This document shows positions 28,488 through 37,903 of a stretch of 64,000 nucleotides of DNA, in pieces; the first letter of the stretch is position 1; every line of letters starts with the position of its first letter. Source of the DNA: Ignavibacteria bacterium (GTDB lineage: Bacteria > Bacteroidota > Ignavibacteria > Tepidaquicellales > OLB5); assembly GCA_019912545.1 (NCBI GenBank), contig JAIOIK010000198.1, positions 6,679 to 70,678 of the forward strand, read 5' to 3'. Below the pieces are notes generated by a model that saw only the letters and a program-made list of their open reading frames with translations, was not told the origin of the DNA and did no database searches. A program made the translations under genes and the position numbers.

Positions 28488-29171
28488 TTGAAAGCATATC
28501 ACATAAATTTAGGCAAAGCTGATTACAAAGAAGTTTGGGACCTTCAGAAGAAAATACATTTATTCAAACAGAAAAACTATATTGATGATGTAATTTTAAC
28601 AGTAGAGCATAATCATGTTTACACTCTTGGAAAGACCGGGGATAGAGATCACATTTTAATCAGTGATGATGAAATGAAATCCCGGGGGATTTCTTACTAC
28701 GAAATTGACCGCGGAGGCGATATTACGTATCATGGACCGGGACAACTGGTTGTTTATCCCATTTTTGACCTGAACAATCATTACAAAGATACACACCGTT
28801 TCCTGCGTGAGCTTGAAGAAGTAGTTATACAGACACTTGCTGAGTTTAATATTACAGCTCACCGCGAAGATGAATATACCGGTGTTTGGGTTGGGGAAGA
28901 AAAGATATGCGCTATTGGGATCAAAGTCTCAAAATGGATAACCATGCACGGACTTGCATTGAATGTTAACAGTGACCTTTCGTACTTTGAAAAGATAATA
29001 CCCTGCGGAATATTCCATAAAGGGGTAACGGGCATAAAGAATATCCTGGGAAGTGACCTCCCTATTGATACTGTTAACTCAAATATAATCAATAGCATAA
29101 AGAAAGTGTTCGGCTTTGGCAGTATAACGGAAGTTCCAAGAACAGAACTGGAGAAACTTATTAGAATATGA
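28488..29171 (+). CDS. lipB: lipoyl(octanoyl) transferase
   Basis: ..VYTLGK..RGGDITYHGPGQLVVYPI..KICAIGIKVSKWITMHGLALNV.. LipB motifs. TTG start as in the track. Confidence 0.9.
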   Translation: MKAYHINLGKADYKEVWDLQKKIHLFKQKNYIDDVILTVEHNHVYTLGKTGDRDHILISDDEMKSRGISYYEIDRGGDITYHGPGQLVVYPIFDLNNHYKDTHRFLRELEEVVIQTLAEFNITAHREDEYTGVWVGEEKICAIGIKVSKWITMHGLALNVNSDLSYFEKIIPCGIFHKGVTGIKNILGSDLPIDTVNSNIINSIKKVFGFGSITEVPRTELEKLIRI

Positions 29172-29475
29172 AATTACCCGAATTTAATCTTGACTTTTAC
29201 CTGCAAAAACCGCAATTTTGTGCGGTAATATGCATGAATTCATTTTACTATAGTTCAGGATCTGAGCTATTGGAGGAATAAAATGGACAGTGGTTTATTT
29301 TGTTCTAACAAGAATCAATCTTAATTTTTTTGCAGTAAAATGGAGCTCTCAAGTTAAAACACTCCGTTAGTACATCAACTATAAATAATACATATTCGAT
29401 TTATTTACCGGTTTAACCGGCAATAATTTTAATTTTTTTAAAGAAGATAAATTAATAACCATTGGAGAAAAACAA

Positions 29476-32193
29476 ATGAACAAACTTTCCAAACTGCTAT
29501 TGCTGATAGTTATGGCAGCAGGCTTAAGCTCAATTGGCTGGAATAATTTCAGCACAGGAACAAGCGCAAACAATATCACTGATTACTATTACTATCAGGG
29601 TCAAAGATACTATATAGTACATAAACCCGATATGATCTACATAAAACTAAAACAGGAAATGCCTAGGGCTGATTTTGTTAACATGATCAGTTCTTTTGGT
29701 GAAATTCCGGCTGATTTTTCATACGAAAAAAACGATGTGAGACAAATTGTGAAACTGAAAACAGTTTCTGATAATGCTGCAATAAATAGCATAATCAATC
29801 AGGTCAAGAACTATTCACAGGTTGAAATAGCTTCTCCGGTTTTTGGTATGAGAGAAGGAATGGGTAATAGTAATACACTAATTGGCTGCGAAAACTACAT
29901 AATGGTTCAGTTCAAACCTTCTTATAATATGCAGCAGATCCAGCAGTATCTGCAGAGTAAGAACATGACCGTTGTTAAGCAGCTTGAACTTACAGGCGGA
30001 TTGTCATTTATGGTAAGCATGAATGTGAATGATAATTTGTCTTCACTTGATTATGCAAATGAGGTTTATTCCAGCGGAATGGTAAATTATGCAGATCCGG
30101 GTTTGTTTTTCACAAACCTGCTTCAATTCGTTCCTAATGATGCTTTCTTCCCTATGCAGTGGTCCGCTATAAATACCGGAACGAATATTCCTGTTACAGG
30201 TACCGGAACAGCTGATTGCGATATGGGACTTGACAGTGCCTGGAATCAAACTACAGGTATTTCTCAGTGCAGGGTCTCAATTGTAGATTCAGGAATAGAT
30301 ACAACTCATCCCGATCTTTCAGCAAATGTAGTTAATGGTTACAATTTTAACTACTATGCAAACACTTATGGCGGTTATGATGATTATGGACATGGAGCAT
30401 CCTGTGCAGGTATCGTTGCTGCGCTTGGAAATAACTCCATTGGTATCTCAGGCGTTGCGCCAAATGCGAAGGTTTTTTCGGCTAAAATTTTCAATTCAGG
30501 CGGAAGCACTACTACTGCAGCTATTACAAACGCAATGATCGGTGTCAGAACATTCGGTAATTGCTGGATAAGCAGCAATTCATGGGGAGGCGGAAGCCCG
30601 ATTGCAGCAGCTGATAATGCAATTCTGGATGGCACAACTCTCGGCAGAAACGGTAAAGGTATTGTATGGAGTTTTGCAACCGGTAACGGAAACGGCGCGC
30701 TTAGCTGGCCTTCAACATTAACAACAGTCATTTCAGTTGGAGGCAACAGTCCTTGTAACCAGAGAAAATCAACTTCAAGCTGCGACCTTGAAAGCTGGTG
30801 GGGAGCGAACTATGGCACAGGCCTTGATATAGTTGCTCCTTGTGTAAAAATATATGCAACAGTACAGGGCGGCGGCTATACAAACAGTTTCAATGGTACT
30901 TCCAGCGCGACGCCAAATACATCTGGTGTATGTGCACTTGTGCTTTCAAAAGATTCAACACAAACATGGGATACTGTAAGAGCAAGGATTAACAGAACTG
31001 CTCTTAAAAAAGGATCATATACATATACTTCTGCCGGCCCGCTGCCACAGCTTGGCAATACATGGAATAATGAAATGGGTTACGGCATCATTAATGCAAA
31101 TCGGGTGCTTTTATCGGTTGGACCGCCTGCGTCAAACGATGTTGCAGCAGGTCCGTTCTTAAGTTTCCCGGGCAGCTTTACCGTAAGCACTGCATATAAT
31201 ATCAGGGCAAGAATGACTAATATTGGCACAAACCCGCAGACAAATGTTCCCTGCAGATTTCTTGTAAATGGCGTTATTACAGGTTCAACTGTTAATATCC
31301 CCAGTCTTCCTTCAGGAGCAAATGATTCAGTAACGTTTCCATGGACGCCAACAGTTGCAGGTTCTTATACATTAAAGATCTGCCATGGACTTGCTGTAGA
31401 TAATAACAGGAATAATGATACTGTAACTGCAGTTGTAACCGTATTACCTTCTGGTGTAGTTAACACTCAGACTACAATTTGCAGAAATGGTTTAAACAAA
31501 CCGATCCGCGATCTGCAGACAACGCGCGACACAATTAATGTAAACATTCCGAATGCATTTAATGTTATTGATGTTAATGTTAAGATAGATACAGTAAATC
31601 ATACTTACGATGGTGATCTTGAGTTTACCGTGAGCCATCTTGCAGGAAGCTCTATGATAATAGACCAGGTTGGCGGTACAAATGAAAACTTCAGGGGAAC
31701 CATACTGAACGATTCAGCCACAACGCCAATTGCAAACGGAGTTGCTCCATATACAGGTTCATTCATACCATCCAATCCACTGACTGTTTTTAACGGCCTG
31801 GCAGTAAATGGTTTATGGGTCTTAAGCATTTATGATGCAGCCAATATAGATACCGGTTCAGTAAAAGCCTGGTGTTTAACAATTACGTACCAGACAATTC
31901 TGGGCGGAATACAGTCAATTGAAATTCCGAATTATTTCTCACTCAGCCAGAATTATCCAAATCCGTTCAATCCGTCAACATCTATAAAATTCTCATTGCC
32001 AAAGGCAGAATTAGTGACCCTAAAGGTTTACGATGTGCTTGGCAAAGAAGTAGCTGTCCTGGTTAACGAAATGAAAGAGCCGGGATTCTATAATGTTGAT
32101 TTTAACGGATCTAACATGGCAAGCGGAATCTATTTCTACAGGATAGAAGCAGGTGAATTTACAGCAGTCAAGAAATTGATGCTGATAAAATAA
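29476..32193 (+). CDS. secreted S8 (subtilisin-family) peptidase with CARDB-like domain, proprotein-convertase P-domain and T9SS CTD (copy 1)
   Basis: Catalytic D (VSIVDSGIDTTHPDL), H (GHGASCAGIVAA), S (FNGTSSATPNTSG). CARDB-like NDVAAGPFLSFP..NRNNDTVTAVVTVL. P-domain ..HTYDGDLEFTVSH..NGLWVLSIYDAANIDTGSVKAWCLTITY. CTD SQNYPNPFNPSTSIKF..KKLMLIK. Confidence 0.9.
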   Translation: MNKLSKLLLLIVMAAGLSSIGWNNFSTGTSANNITDYYYYQGQRYYIVHKPDMIYIKLKQEMPRADFVNMISSFGEIPADFSYEKNDVRQIVKLKTVSDNAAINSIINQVKNYSQVEIASPVFGMREGMGNSNTLIGCENYIMVQFKPSYNMQQIQQYLQSKNMTVVKQLELTGGLSFMVSMNVNDNLSSLDYANEVYSSGMVNYADPGLFFTNLLQFVPNDAFFPMQWSAINTGTNIPVTGTGTADCDMGLDSAWNQTTGISQCRVSIVDSGIDTTHPDLSANVVNGYNFNYYANTYGGYDDYGHGASCAGIVAALGNNSIGISGVAPNAKVFSAKIFNSGGSTTTAAITNAMIGVRTFGNCWISSNSWGGGSPIAAADNAILDGTTLGRNGKGIVWSFATGNGNGALSWPSTLTTVISVGGNSPCNQRKSTSSCDLESWWGANYGTGLDIVAPCVKIYATVQGGGYTNSFNGTSSATPNTSGVCALVLSKDSTQTWDTVRARINRTALKKGSYTYTSAGPLPQLGNTWNNEMGYGIINANRVLLSVGPPASNDVAAGPFLSFPGSFTVSTAYNIRARMTNIGTNPQTNVPCRFLVNGVITGSTVNIPSLPSGANDSVTFPWTPTVAGSYTLKICHGLAVDNNRNNDTVTAVVTVLPSGVVNTQTTICRNGLNKPIRDLQTTRDTINVNIPNAFNVIDVNVKIDTVNHTYDGDLEFTVSHLAGSSMIIDQVGGTNENFRGTILNDSATTPIANGVAPYTGSFIPSNPLTVFNGLAVNGLWVLSIYDAANIDTGSVKAWCLTITYQTILGGIQSIEIPNYFSLSQNYPNPFNPSTSIKFSLPKAELVTLKVYDVLGKEVAVLVNEMKEPGFYNVDFNGSNMASGIYFYRIEAGEFTAVKKLMLIK

Positions 32194-32299
32194 CGAAGTT
32201 ATTTTAGAAGTCCGGCTTTTGACGGATTGGTTATATAGTAATTATTAATTAACTTTGTCAGTGACCGGCTATCCTTTAACAAGATAACCGGTCACTTTC
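31912..32299 (+). repeat. ~388-bp near-identical direct repeat, second copy at 34782-35169 (offset 2870 bp)
   Basis: Starts at cagtcaattgaaattccgaattatttctcactcagccagaattatccaaatccgttcaatcc, runs through the stop codon and ends at ..ccggtcactttc. Only scattered mismatches by eye. Confidence 0.9.
32261..32295 (+). terminator. hairpin after S8 copy 1 (duplicated at 35131-35165)
   Basis: GTGACCGG-19 nt loop-CCGGTCAC followed by tttca gtttt. An identical stem lies after copy 2. Confidence 0.45.
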
Positions 32300-32342
32300 A
32301 GTTTTATAAAGTTTTAAAATTTTTGAACTAACTTATAATCAT

Positions 32343-35063
32343 ATGAAAAACTTCTCAAAACTGCTTCTGTTGATCTTAATTACAGCAGGGTTTAGCTCAA
32401 TTGGCTGGAATAATTTCGGCACAGAGTTAAATATGAATACAATTACTGATTTTTATTACTATAAAGGTCAGCCGTTCAAATTGACTTTGAAGCCTGATAT
32501 GGTATTTATCAAGCTGAATAAGGAGCTTACCGAAAACGAATTCAAAACAATAATTTCACCTTTTGGCAATGTTTTATTGAATTCACCGGATTATATACCG
32601 GGCGATAAAAGATATTTTGTGAACCTCAGTTTTGCAAAAGAAGAGGCCGGCCTGCTTGAAGTTATTAGCCGCCTTAACTTGAACCCGGATATTCAATATG
32701 CATCACCGGTATTCTCACCCGATAATGGGAAGACCTTGATTGGAATGGAAGACGAGATCATTGTTCAGTTTAAACCAAGTACCGCAATAAACACAATTAA
32801 TTCATATTTTTCGAATAAGAATATGAGCATCGTCAAGGATATGGAATTATCAGGCGGCGCAAGCTACCTTGTCAGAATTCCGCAGAATGTATCTTCGATT
32901 GATGCAGCTAATGAACTTTATGCATCAGGTTTAACAAACTGGGCAGAACCGAATCTGATGTTTACTAACCTGTTTTGTTTTGATCCCAACGATCCGTTTT
33001 ACTCGCAGCAATGGGCTGAAAAGAATTTAGGTAATAATATTCCGGGCGGCATTACAGGTACTGCAGATTGTGATATGGATGTTGACAGCGCATGGAACTC
33101 TACACTCGGGAACGCAAATTGTAAAATTGCAGTGAGCGATACCGGTGTCGATACACTTCATGAAGATCTTGCGGGCAATATGGTTGTTGGTTCCGGTTAC
33201 GATTTCTGGAATAACGACCCATATGCATGGGATGATGGTAATCACGGGACAGCTTGCTCGGGCATAATTGCAGCAATTGGCAATAACAGTATTGGTGTTT
33301 CAGGTGTCGCTCCTAACTGTAAACTGATCCCGGTAAAATGGCTCAGCAATTCAGGCAATGGAAATTATGCCGGCGCAACTAGTGCAACAATATGGTCATA
33401 CCAGAAAGGCGCATGGGTTATCAGTAATTCATGGGGCTTTGTTGGCGGCGCAAGTTCTGCTTTGGATGCTGCAATACTTGATGCAGTCACTCTTGGGAGA
33501 AGCGGAAAAGGATCGATATTTGTTGTCGCATCAGGTAATGAAAACGGCGCGATGAGATTTCCTGCCAGTACAAATCCAAATGTTTTGGTTGTTGGAGGTA
33601 TCAGCCCGTGCAATCAGAGAAAATCCCCGTCCAGCTGTGATCTTGAGAATTTTTGGGGTGCAAGCTATGGAGCAAATCTTGACCTAGTAGCCCCATGTGT
33701 TAAGATCTATACTACGGATAGAACGGGCAGTGTTGGATACTCGACAGGAAATTACTTTGCTACATTTAACGGAACTTCAAGCGCAACACCCAATACTGCC
33801 GGTGTTTGTGCTTTAGCTTTCTCAATGGATAGCACAATGAGGTGGGATACTTTAAGATCAAGAATTGACAGGACTTGCGAAAAACGCGGGTCATACTCAT
33901 ACACTAGTCCCGGTCCAAGAAACCTTGGACAATGGAACAATGAAATGGGTTATGGATTGGTTAATGCAAGATTGTTGCTGGCAAGCCTTGCACCACCCCT
34001 TGCAAACGATGTTTCTACAGGTCCGTACTTAAGTTTCCCTGCAACATTTAAAGTGGGTACGGCTTATAATGTCCGTTCATTGGTCACTAACGCCGGTACT
34101 TCAGGACAGACAAATATTCCGATGAAATTTTTTATCAACGGCGTGCAGACAGGTTCAACAATTAACATTGCAAGCCTCTTGGCAGGTGCAAGTGACTCTG
34201 TTACTTACTCATGGACGCCATCAGTAATAGGCCCGCATACGCTTAAGATAGCGCACGGCCTTGCAGTAGATGGCAATAGAAATAATGATACGGTTACCGC
34301 AGTCATAGATGTACTACCTACCGGAATAGTGAACAGTGTAACTTCAATATGCAGAAATGGCCTTAACAAACCTATCTTAGACCTACAGACAACCCGCGAT
34401 ACAATTAATGTGAATATTCCGAATTCGTTTAATGTTATTGATGTTAATGTTAAGATAGATACTGTAGATCATAGCTATGATGGTGACCTGCAATTTACAG
34501 TAACTCATATTGCCGCAAGCTCTATGATAGTTAACCAGGTTGGAGGCAGCAATGACAATTTCCGCGGAACGATACTGAACGACTCTGCAGCTACTCCAAT
34601 AGCGAGCGGCGTTGCTCCGTTTACGGGGTCATTTATCCCGTCAAATCCATTGAGTGTATTCAATGGAACAGTTGTTAACGGTCCGTGGGTGCTAAATATA
34701 TTTGACGCAGCAAATCAAGATCAGGGATCGCTTAAAGCATGGTGTTTGATAATAACATACCAGACTATTCTTGGTGGAATTCAGTCAATTGAAATTCCGA
34801 ATTATTTCTCACTCAGCCAGAATTATCCAAATCCGTTCAATCCATCAAAAACTATAAAATTTTCATTGCCAAAGGCGGAGTTAGTGACCTTAAAGGTTTA
34901 CGATGTGCTTGGCAAAGAAGTAGCTGTTTTGGTTAACGAAATGAAAGAGCCGGGATTCTATAATGTTGATTTTAACGGATCTAACATGGCAAGCGGCATC
35001 TATTTCTACAGGATCGAAGCCGGTGAATTCTCGGCAGTCAAGAAATTGATGCTGATAAAATAA
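32343..35063 (+). CDS. secreted S8 peptidase with CARDB-like, P-domain and T9SS CTD (copy 2, paralog of copy 1)
   Basis: Collinear with copy 1 (VSDTGVDTLHEDL, NHGTACSGIIAA, FNGTSSATPNTAG). Same CARDB/P-domain/CTD order. The last ~280 bp plus ~105 bp of 3' flank are nearly identical to copy 1. Confidence 0.9.
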   Translation: MKNFSKLLLLILITAGFSSIGWNNFGTELNMNTITDFYYYKGQPFKLTLKPDMVFIKLNKELTENEFKTIISPFGNVLLNSPDYIPGDKRYFVNLSFAKEEAGLLEVISRLNLNPDIQYASPVFSPDNGKTLIGMEDEIIVQFKPSTAINTINSYFSNKNMSIVKDMELSGGASYLVRIPQNVSSIDAANELYASGLTNWAEPNLMFTNLFCFDPNDPFYSQQWAEKNLGNNIPGGITGTADCDMDVDSAWNSTLGNANCKIAVSDTGVDTLHEDLAGNMVVGSGYDFWNNDPYAWDDGNHGTACSGIIAAIGNNSIGVSGVAPNCKLIPVKWLSNSGNGNYAGATSATIWSYQKGAWVISNSWGFVGGASSALDAAILDAVTLGRSGKGSIFVVASGNENGAMRFPASTNPNVLVVGGISPCNQRKSPSSCDLENFWGASYGANLDLVAPCVKIYTTDRTGSVGYSTGNYFATFNGTSSATPNTAGVCALAFSMDSTMRWDTLRSRIDRTCEKRGSYSYTSPGPRNLGQWNNEMGYGLVNARLLLASLAPPLANDVSTGPYLSFPATFKVGTAYNVRSLVTNAGTSGQTNIPMKFFINGVQTGSTINIASLLAGASDSVTYSWTPSVIGPHTLKIAHGLAVDGNRNNDTVTAVIDVLPTGIVNSVTSICRNGLNKPILDLQTTRDTINVNIPNSFNVIDVNVKIDTVDHSYDGDLQFTVTHIAASSMIVNQVGGSNDNFRGTILNDSAATPIASGVAPFTGSFIPSNPLSVFNGTVVNGPWVLNIFDAANQDQGSLKAWCLIITYQTILGGIQSIEIPNYFSLSQNYPNPFNPSKTIKFSLPKAELVTLKVYDVLGKEVAVLVNEMKEPGFYNVDFNGSNMASGIYFYRIEAGEFSAVKKLMLIK

Positions 35064-35215
35064 CGAAGTTATTTTAGAAGTCCGGCTTTTGACGGATTGG
35101 TTATATAGTAATTATTAATTAACTTTGTCAGTGACCGGCTATCCTTCAACAAGATACCCGGTCACTTTCTGTTTCACTAAGTTTGAGATTCTCGAACTAA
35201 TCTATAATCAATCAT

Positions 35216-37726
35216 ATGAAAAACATTATATTATTTTTCTTTTTAATGGTCTATGGAGTTACATGTTTTGCAGATGCTCATATAACTTCGCGTCTGCAGC
35301 AGAAAATGAACTCCATGAATCCGGTGGAATTCACCCGGGCTCTGGTTGTAATGAAAGACCAGGCTAATATTGAAGCACTGGATGCAGAATTATACGCACG
35401 AAATGTTACTTTGGATCAAAGAGCTTACATTATCCTCACAACTTTAAAATCTAAAGCGCTTGCAACTCAGGGGCCGATCCTCTATTTTATTGAAACTGAA
35501 AGATCTTATGGAAAAGTTAAACAGTACATACCTTTTTGGGTAAGCAATATGGTATTTATTGAAACTACGACTGATGTTCTATTCAATATTTCCAAAAGAA
35601 ACGATGTAGAATTCCTGGATCTTGATGCAGTGCTCGAGATGGATAAACCTGTTAAAGATCCTATTGTATCAACGGGAAATACAGAGAGTGTAGAAAACGG
35701 GTTGAAAGCAATAAATGCCGATTCACTTTGGAGAATAGGCATTACCGGTGCAGGAAGAACTGTAATGAACATTGATGGCGGTGTTAACGGAACACATCCG
35801 GCACTTGGATATAAATGGTGGGGTAATAATGGCAGACAGTGGTACCACTCATGGTTTGATCCAATTGCTCCGGTAAGTACATCTCCTTTTGACTGCGCAG
35901 CAGGAGGCGTTTACCATGGCACTCACACAATGGGTATTATGTGCGGAAGGAGTCCCGGAACCGGCGACACAATTGGTGTTGCCCCTGATGCGTTTTGGAT
36001 AGCTGCCGGAGTAACAGATTGCCCCGGAGCATCATATCCTTCAATGAACATTGCTGCTTTTCAGTGGGCAATGGATCCTGATACAAACGTATCAACAAAT
36101 AATATGCCTGATGTAATAAACTGCTCGTGGCGCGATCCTTCGGCAACTGATGAATGCTCAACTTCAATTTACAGGACAGTTTTAACGAATGTAGAAGCTG
36201 CAGGAATAGCTGTTGTGTTTTCCGCAGGAAACTCGGGCCCCGGAACATCTACCGTAACTCCTCCGAAGAACATAAATATGGATACAGTTAATGTATTTTG
36301 TGTTGGCGCTGTTAACGGTAACACAGCAGGTTTTCCTATTGCAAGTTTTTCAAGCCGCGGTCCTTCACTTTGCGGAGGCACCGGATCACTTCTTATAAAA
36401 CCTGAAGTTACTGCGCCGGGTGTTAGCATAAGGTCCAGTTATTCGGGCTCAAGCTATGCTTTTCTTGACGGAACATCAATGGCTTCTCCTCATGTGGCCG
36501 GCGCTGTAGCATTGCTGAAACAGGCTGCTCCAACGCTCACCGGCAAGCAGATTAAAAGCCTGCTTTTTAATACATGTACAGATCTTGGTGCTGCAGGAGA
36601 AGATAATACTTACGGCAAAGGTATTATAAACGTTTGGAGGGCATATTTATCTATACTTCCTCCTCAGGCTAACGATATCTCGGCAGGTCCGTATTTAAGT
36701 TTTCCTTCGTCGTTTGTTGTTAACACGGCTTATAACATACGCTCGCGTTTTACAAACATAGGTACAAGTGCGCAATCAAATGTACCGGTAAAATTCTTTG
36801 TTAATGGTGTGCAGCAGGGCTCAACCGTAAATATTCCAAGCCTTCCTGTAAACGGAAATGATTCAGTTACATTTTCATGGACTCCCACTTCAACGGGTGT
36901 TTTTACATTAAAAATGGCTAGCGCTCTTGCAACCGATGGTAACAGAAATAATGATACAGTTACAACAGTTGTAAATGTATTGCCTGCAGGAATTGTGACA
37001 GCGCAAACTACGGTTTGCCGAAACGGGCTTAATAAGCCCATACTTGACATGCAGACTACTTACGATACAATAAATATAAATATTCCCAATACTTTCAACG
37101 TTGTTGATGTTAATGTGAAAATTGATACAGTACTTCATACTTATGATGGAGACCTTACATTCACGCTTTCGCATCTTGCTGCAAGCTCACTTCTGATAAA
37201 CAGGGTAGGCGGAACAAATGAGAACTTCATCGGAACAATACTGAATGATTCAGCAACTACGCCGATTGCAAGCGGAGTTGCTCCATATACAGGTTCTTTC
37301 ATTCCTTCAAGCCCGCTGTCATCTTTGAACGGTGTTCTCGTGAACGGTGATTGGGTGTTAAGTATTAATGATGCGGCAAACATAGATGTTGGAACACTCA
37401 AAGGCTGGTGTTTAACGGTTACCTATCAGACTGTGATCGGAATCCAGACAATAGAGATCCCAAGTTACTACTCTTTGGATCAAAATTATCCGAATCCTTT
37501 TAACCCTTCAACAACCATAAAATTCTCAGTTCCAAAAGCTGATGTGGTCAAACTGAAGATCTACGACGTGTTGGGAAGAGAAGTTGCGGTATTGGTAAAT
37601 GAATTAATTCAGCCAGGATTCCATACGGTTGATTTTAATGCTTCCAATCTTGCAAGCGGTATTTATTTCTACAAACTTGAAGCCGGTGACTACTCAGCCG
37701 TGAAGAAACTTGTGTTTGTAAAATAA
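35216..37726 (+). CDS. secreted S8 peptidase, chimeric paralog (copy 3: catalytic region like copy 4, CARDB/P-domain/CTD like copies 1-2)
   Basis: D (VMNIDGGVNGTHPAL), H (YHGTHTMGIM), S (LDGTSMASPHVAGAVALL). Then NDISAGPYLSFP..NRNNDTVTTVVNVL, ..HTYDGDLTFTLSH..WVLSINDAANIDVGTLKGWCLTVTY and DQNYPNPFNPSTTIKF..KKLVFVK. Confidence 0.9.
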   Translation: MKNIILFFFLMVYGVTCFADAHITSRLQQKMNSMNPVEFTRALVVMKDQANIEALDAELYARNVTLDQRAYIILTTLKSKALATQGPILYFIETERSYGKVKQYIPFWVSNMVFIETTTDVLFNISKRNDVEFLDLDAVLEMDKPVKDPIVSTGNTESVENGLKAINADSLWRIGITGAGRTVMNIDGGVNGTHPALGYKWWGNNGRQWYHSWFDPIAPVSTSPFDCAAGGVYHGTHTMGIMCGRSPGTGDTIGVAPDAFWIAAGVTDCPGASYPSMNIAAFQWAMDPDTNVSTNNMPDVINCSWRDPSATDECSTSIYRTVLTNVEAAGIAVVFSAGNSGPGTSTVTPPKNINMDTVNVFCVGAVNGNTAGFPIASFSSRGPSLCGGTGSLLIKPEVTAPGVSIRSSYSGSSYAFLDGTSMASPHVAGAVALLKQAAPTLTGKQIKSLLFNTCTDLGAAGEDNTYGKGIINVWRAYLSILPPQANDISAGPYLSFPSSFVVNTAYNIRSRFTNIGTSAQSNVPVKFFVNGVQQGSTVNIPSLPVNGNDSVTFSWTPTSTGVFTLKMASALATDGNRNNDTVTTVVNVLPAGIVTAQTTVCRNGLNKPILDMQTTYDTININIPNTFNVVDVNVKIDTVLHTYDGDLTFTLSHLAASSLLINRVGGTNENFIGTILNDSATTPIASGVAPYTGSFIPSSPLSSLNGVLVNGDWVLSINDAANIDVGTLKGWCLTVTYQTVIGIQTIEIPSYYSLDQNYPNPFNPSTTIKFSVPKADVVKLKIYDVLGREVAVLVNELIQPGFHTVDFNASNLASGIYFYKLEAGDYSAVKKLVFVK

Positions 37727-37749
37727 ACCTGATTAATTATATTCCATCA

Positions 37750-37783
37750 GAGGCTGTCCCAAAAAGGACGGCCTCTTTTTTTT
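37750..37783 (+). terminator. rho-independent terminator after S8 copy 3
   Basis: GAGGCTGTCC-caaaaa-GGACGGCCTC (10-bp stem with one G:U pair) followed by TTTTTTTT. Confidence 0.8.
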
Positions 37784-37903
37784 GTGCTATAATGTACTCT
37801 CTACATTATGTTTTTTCGATATTTAGGTTTGTAAGTGTTTTGCGTTGAATTTTCATACTTATCTGCTTAATTTTATGTACTTTCAAAAATAACCAGAGTA
37901 AAA

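Noticed and set aside
32207-32226. GAAGTCCGGC.. resembles the conserved GGAAAGUCCGGGC core of bacterial RNase P RNA
   Set aside because: It occurs in four copies directly downstream of cargo genes. No other RNase P conserved regions or helices are nearby, so the resemblance is coincidental.
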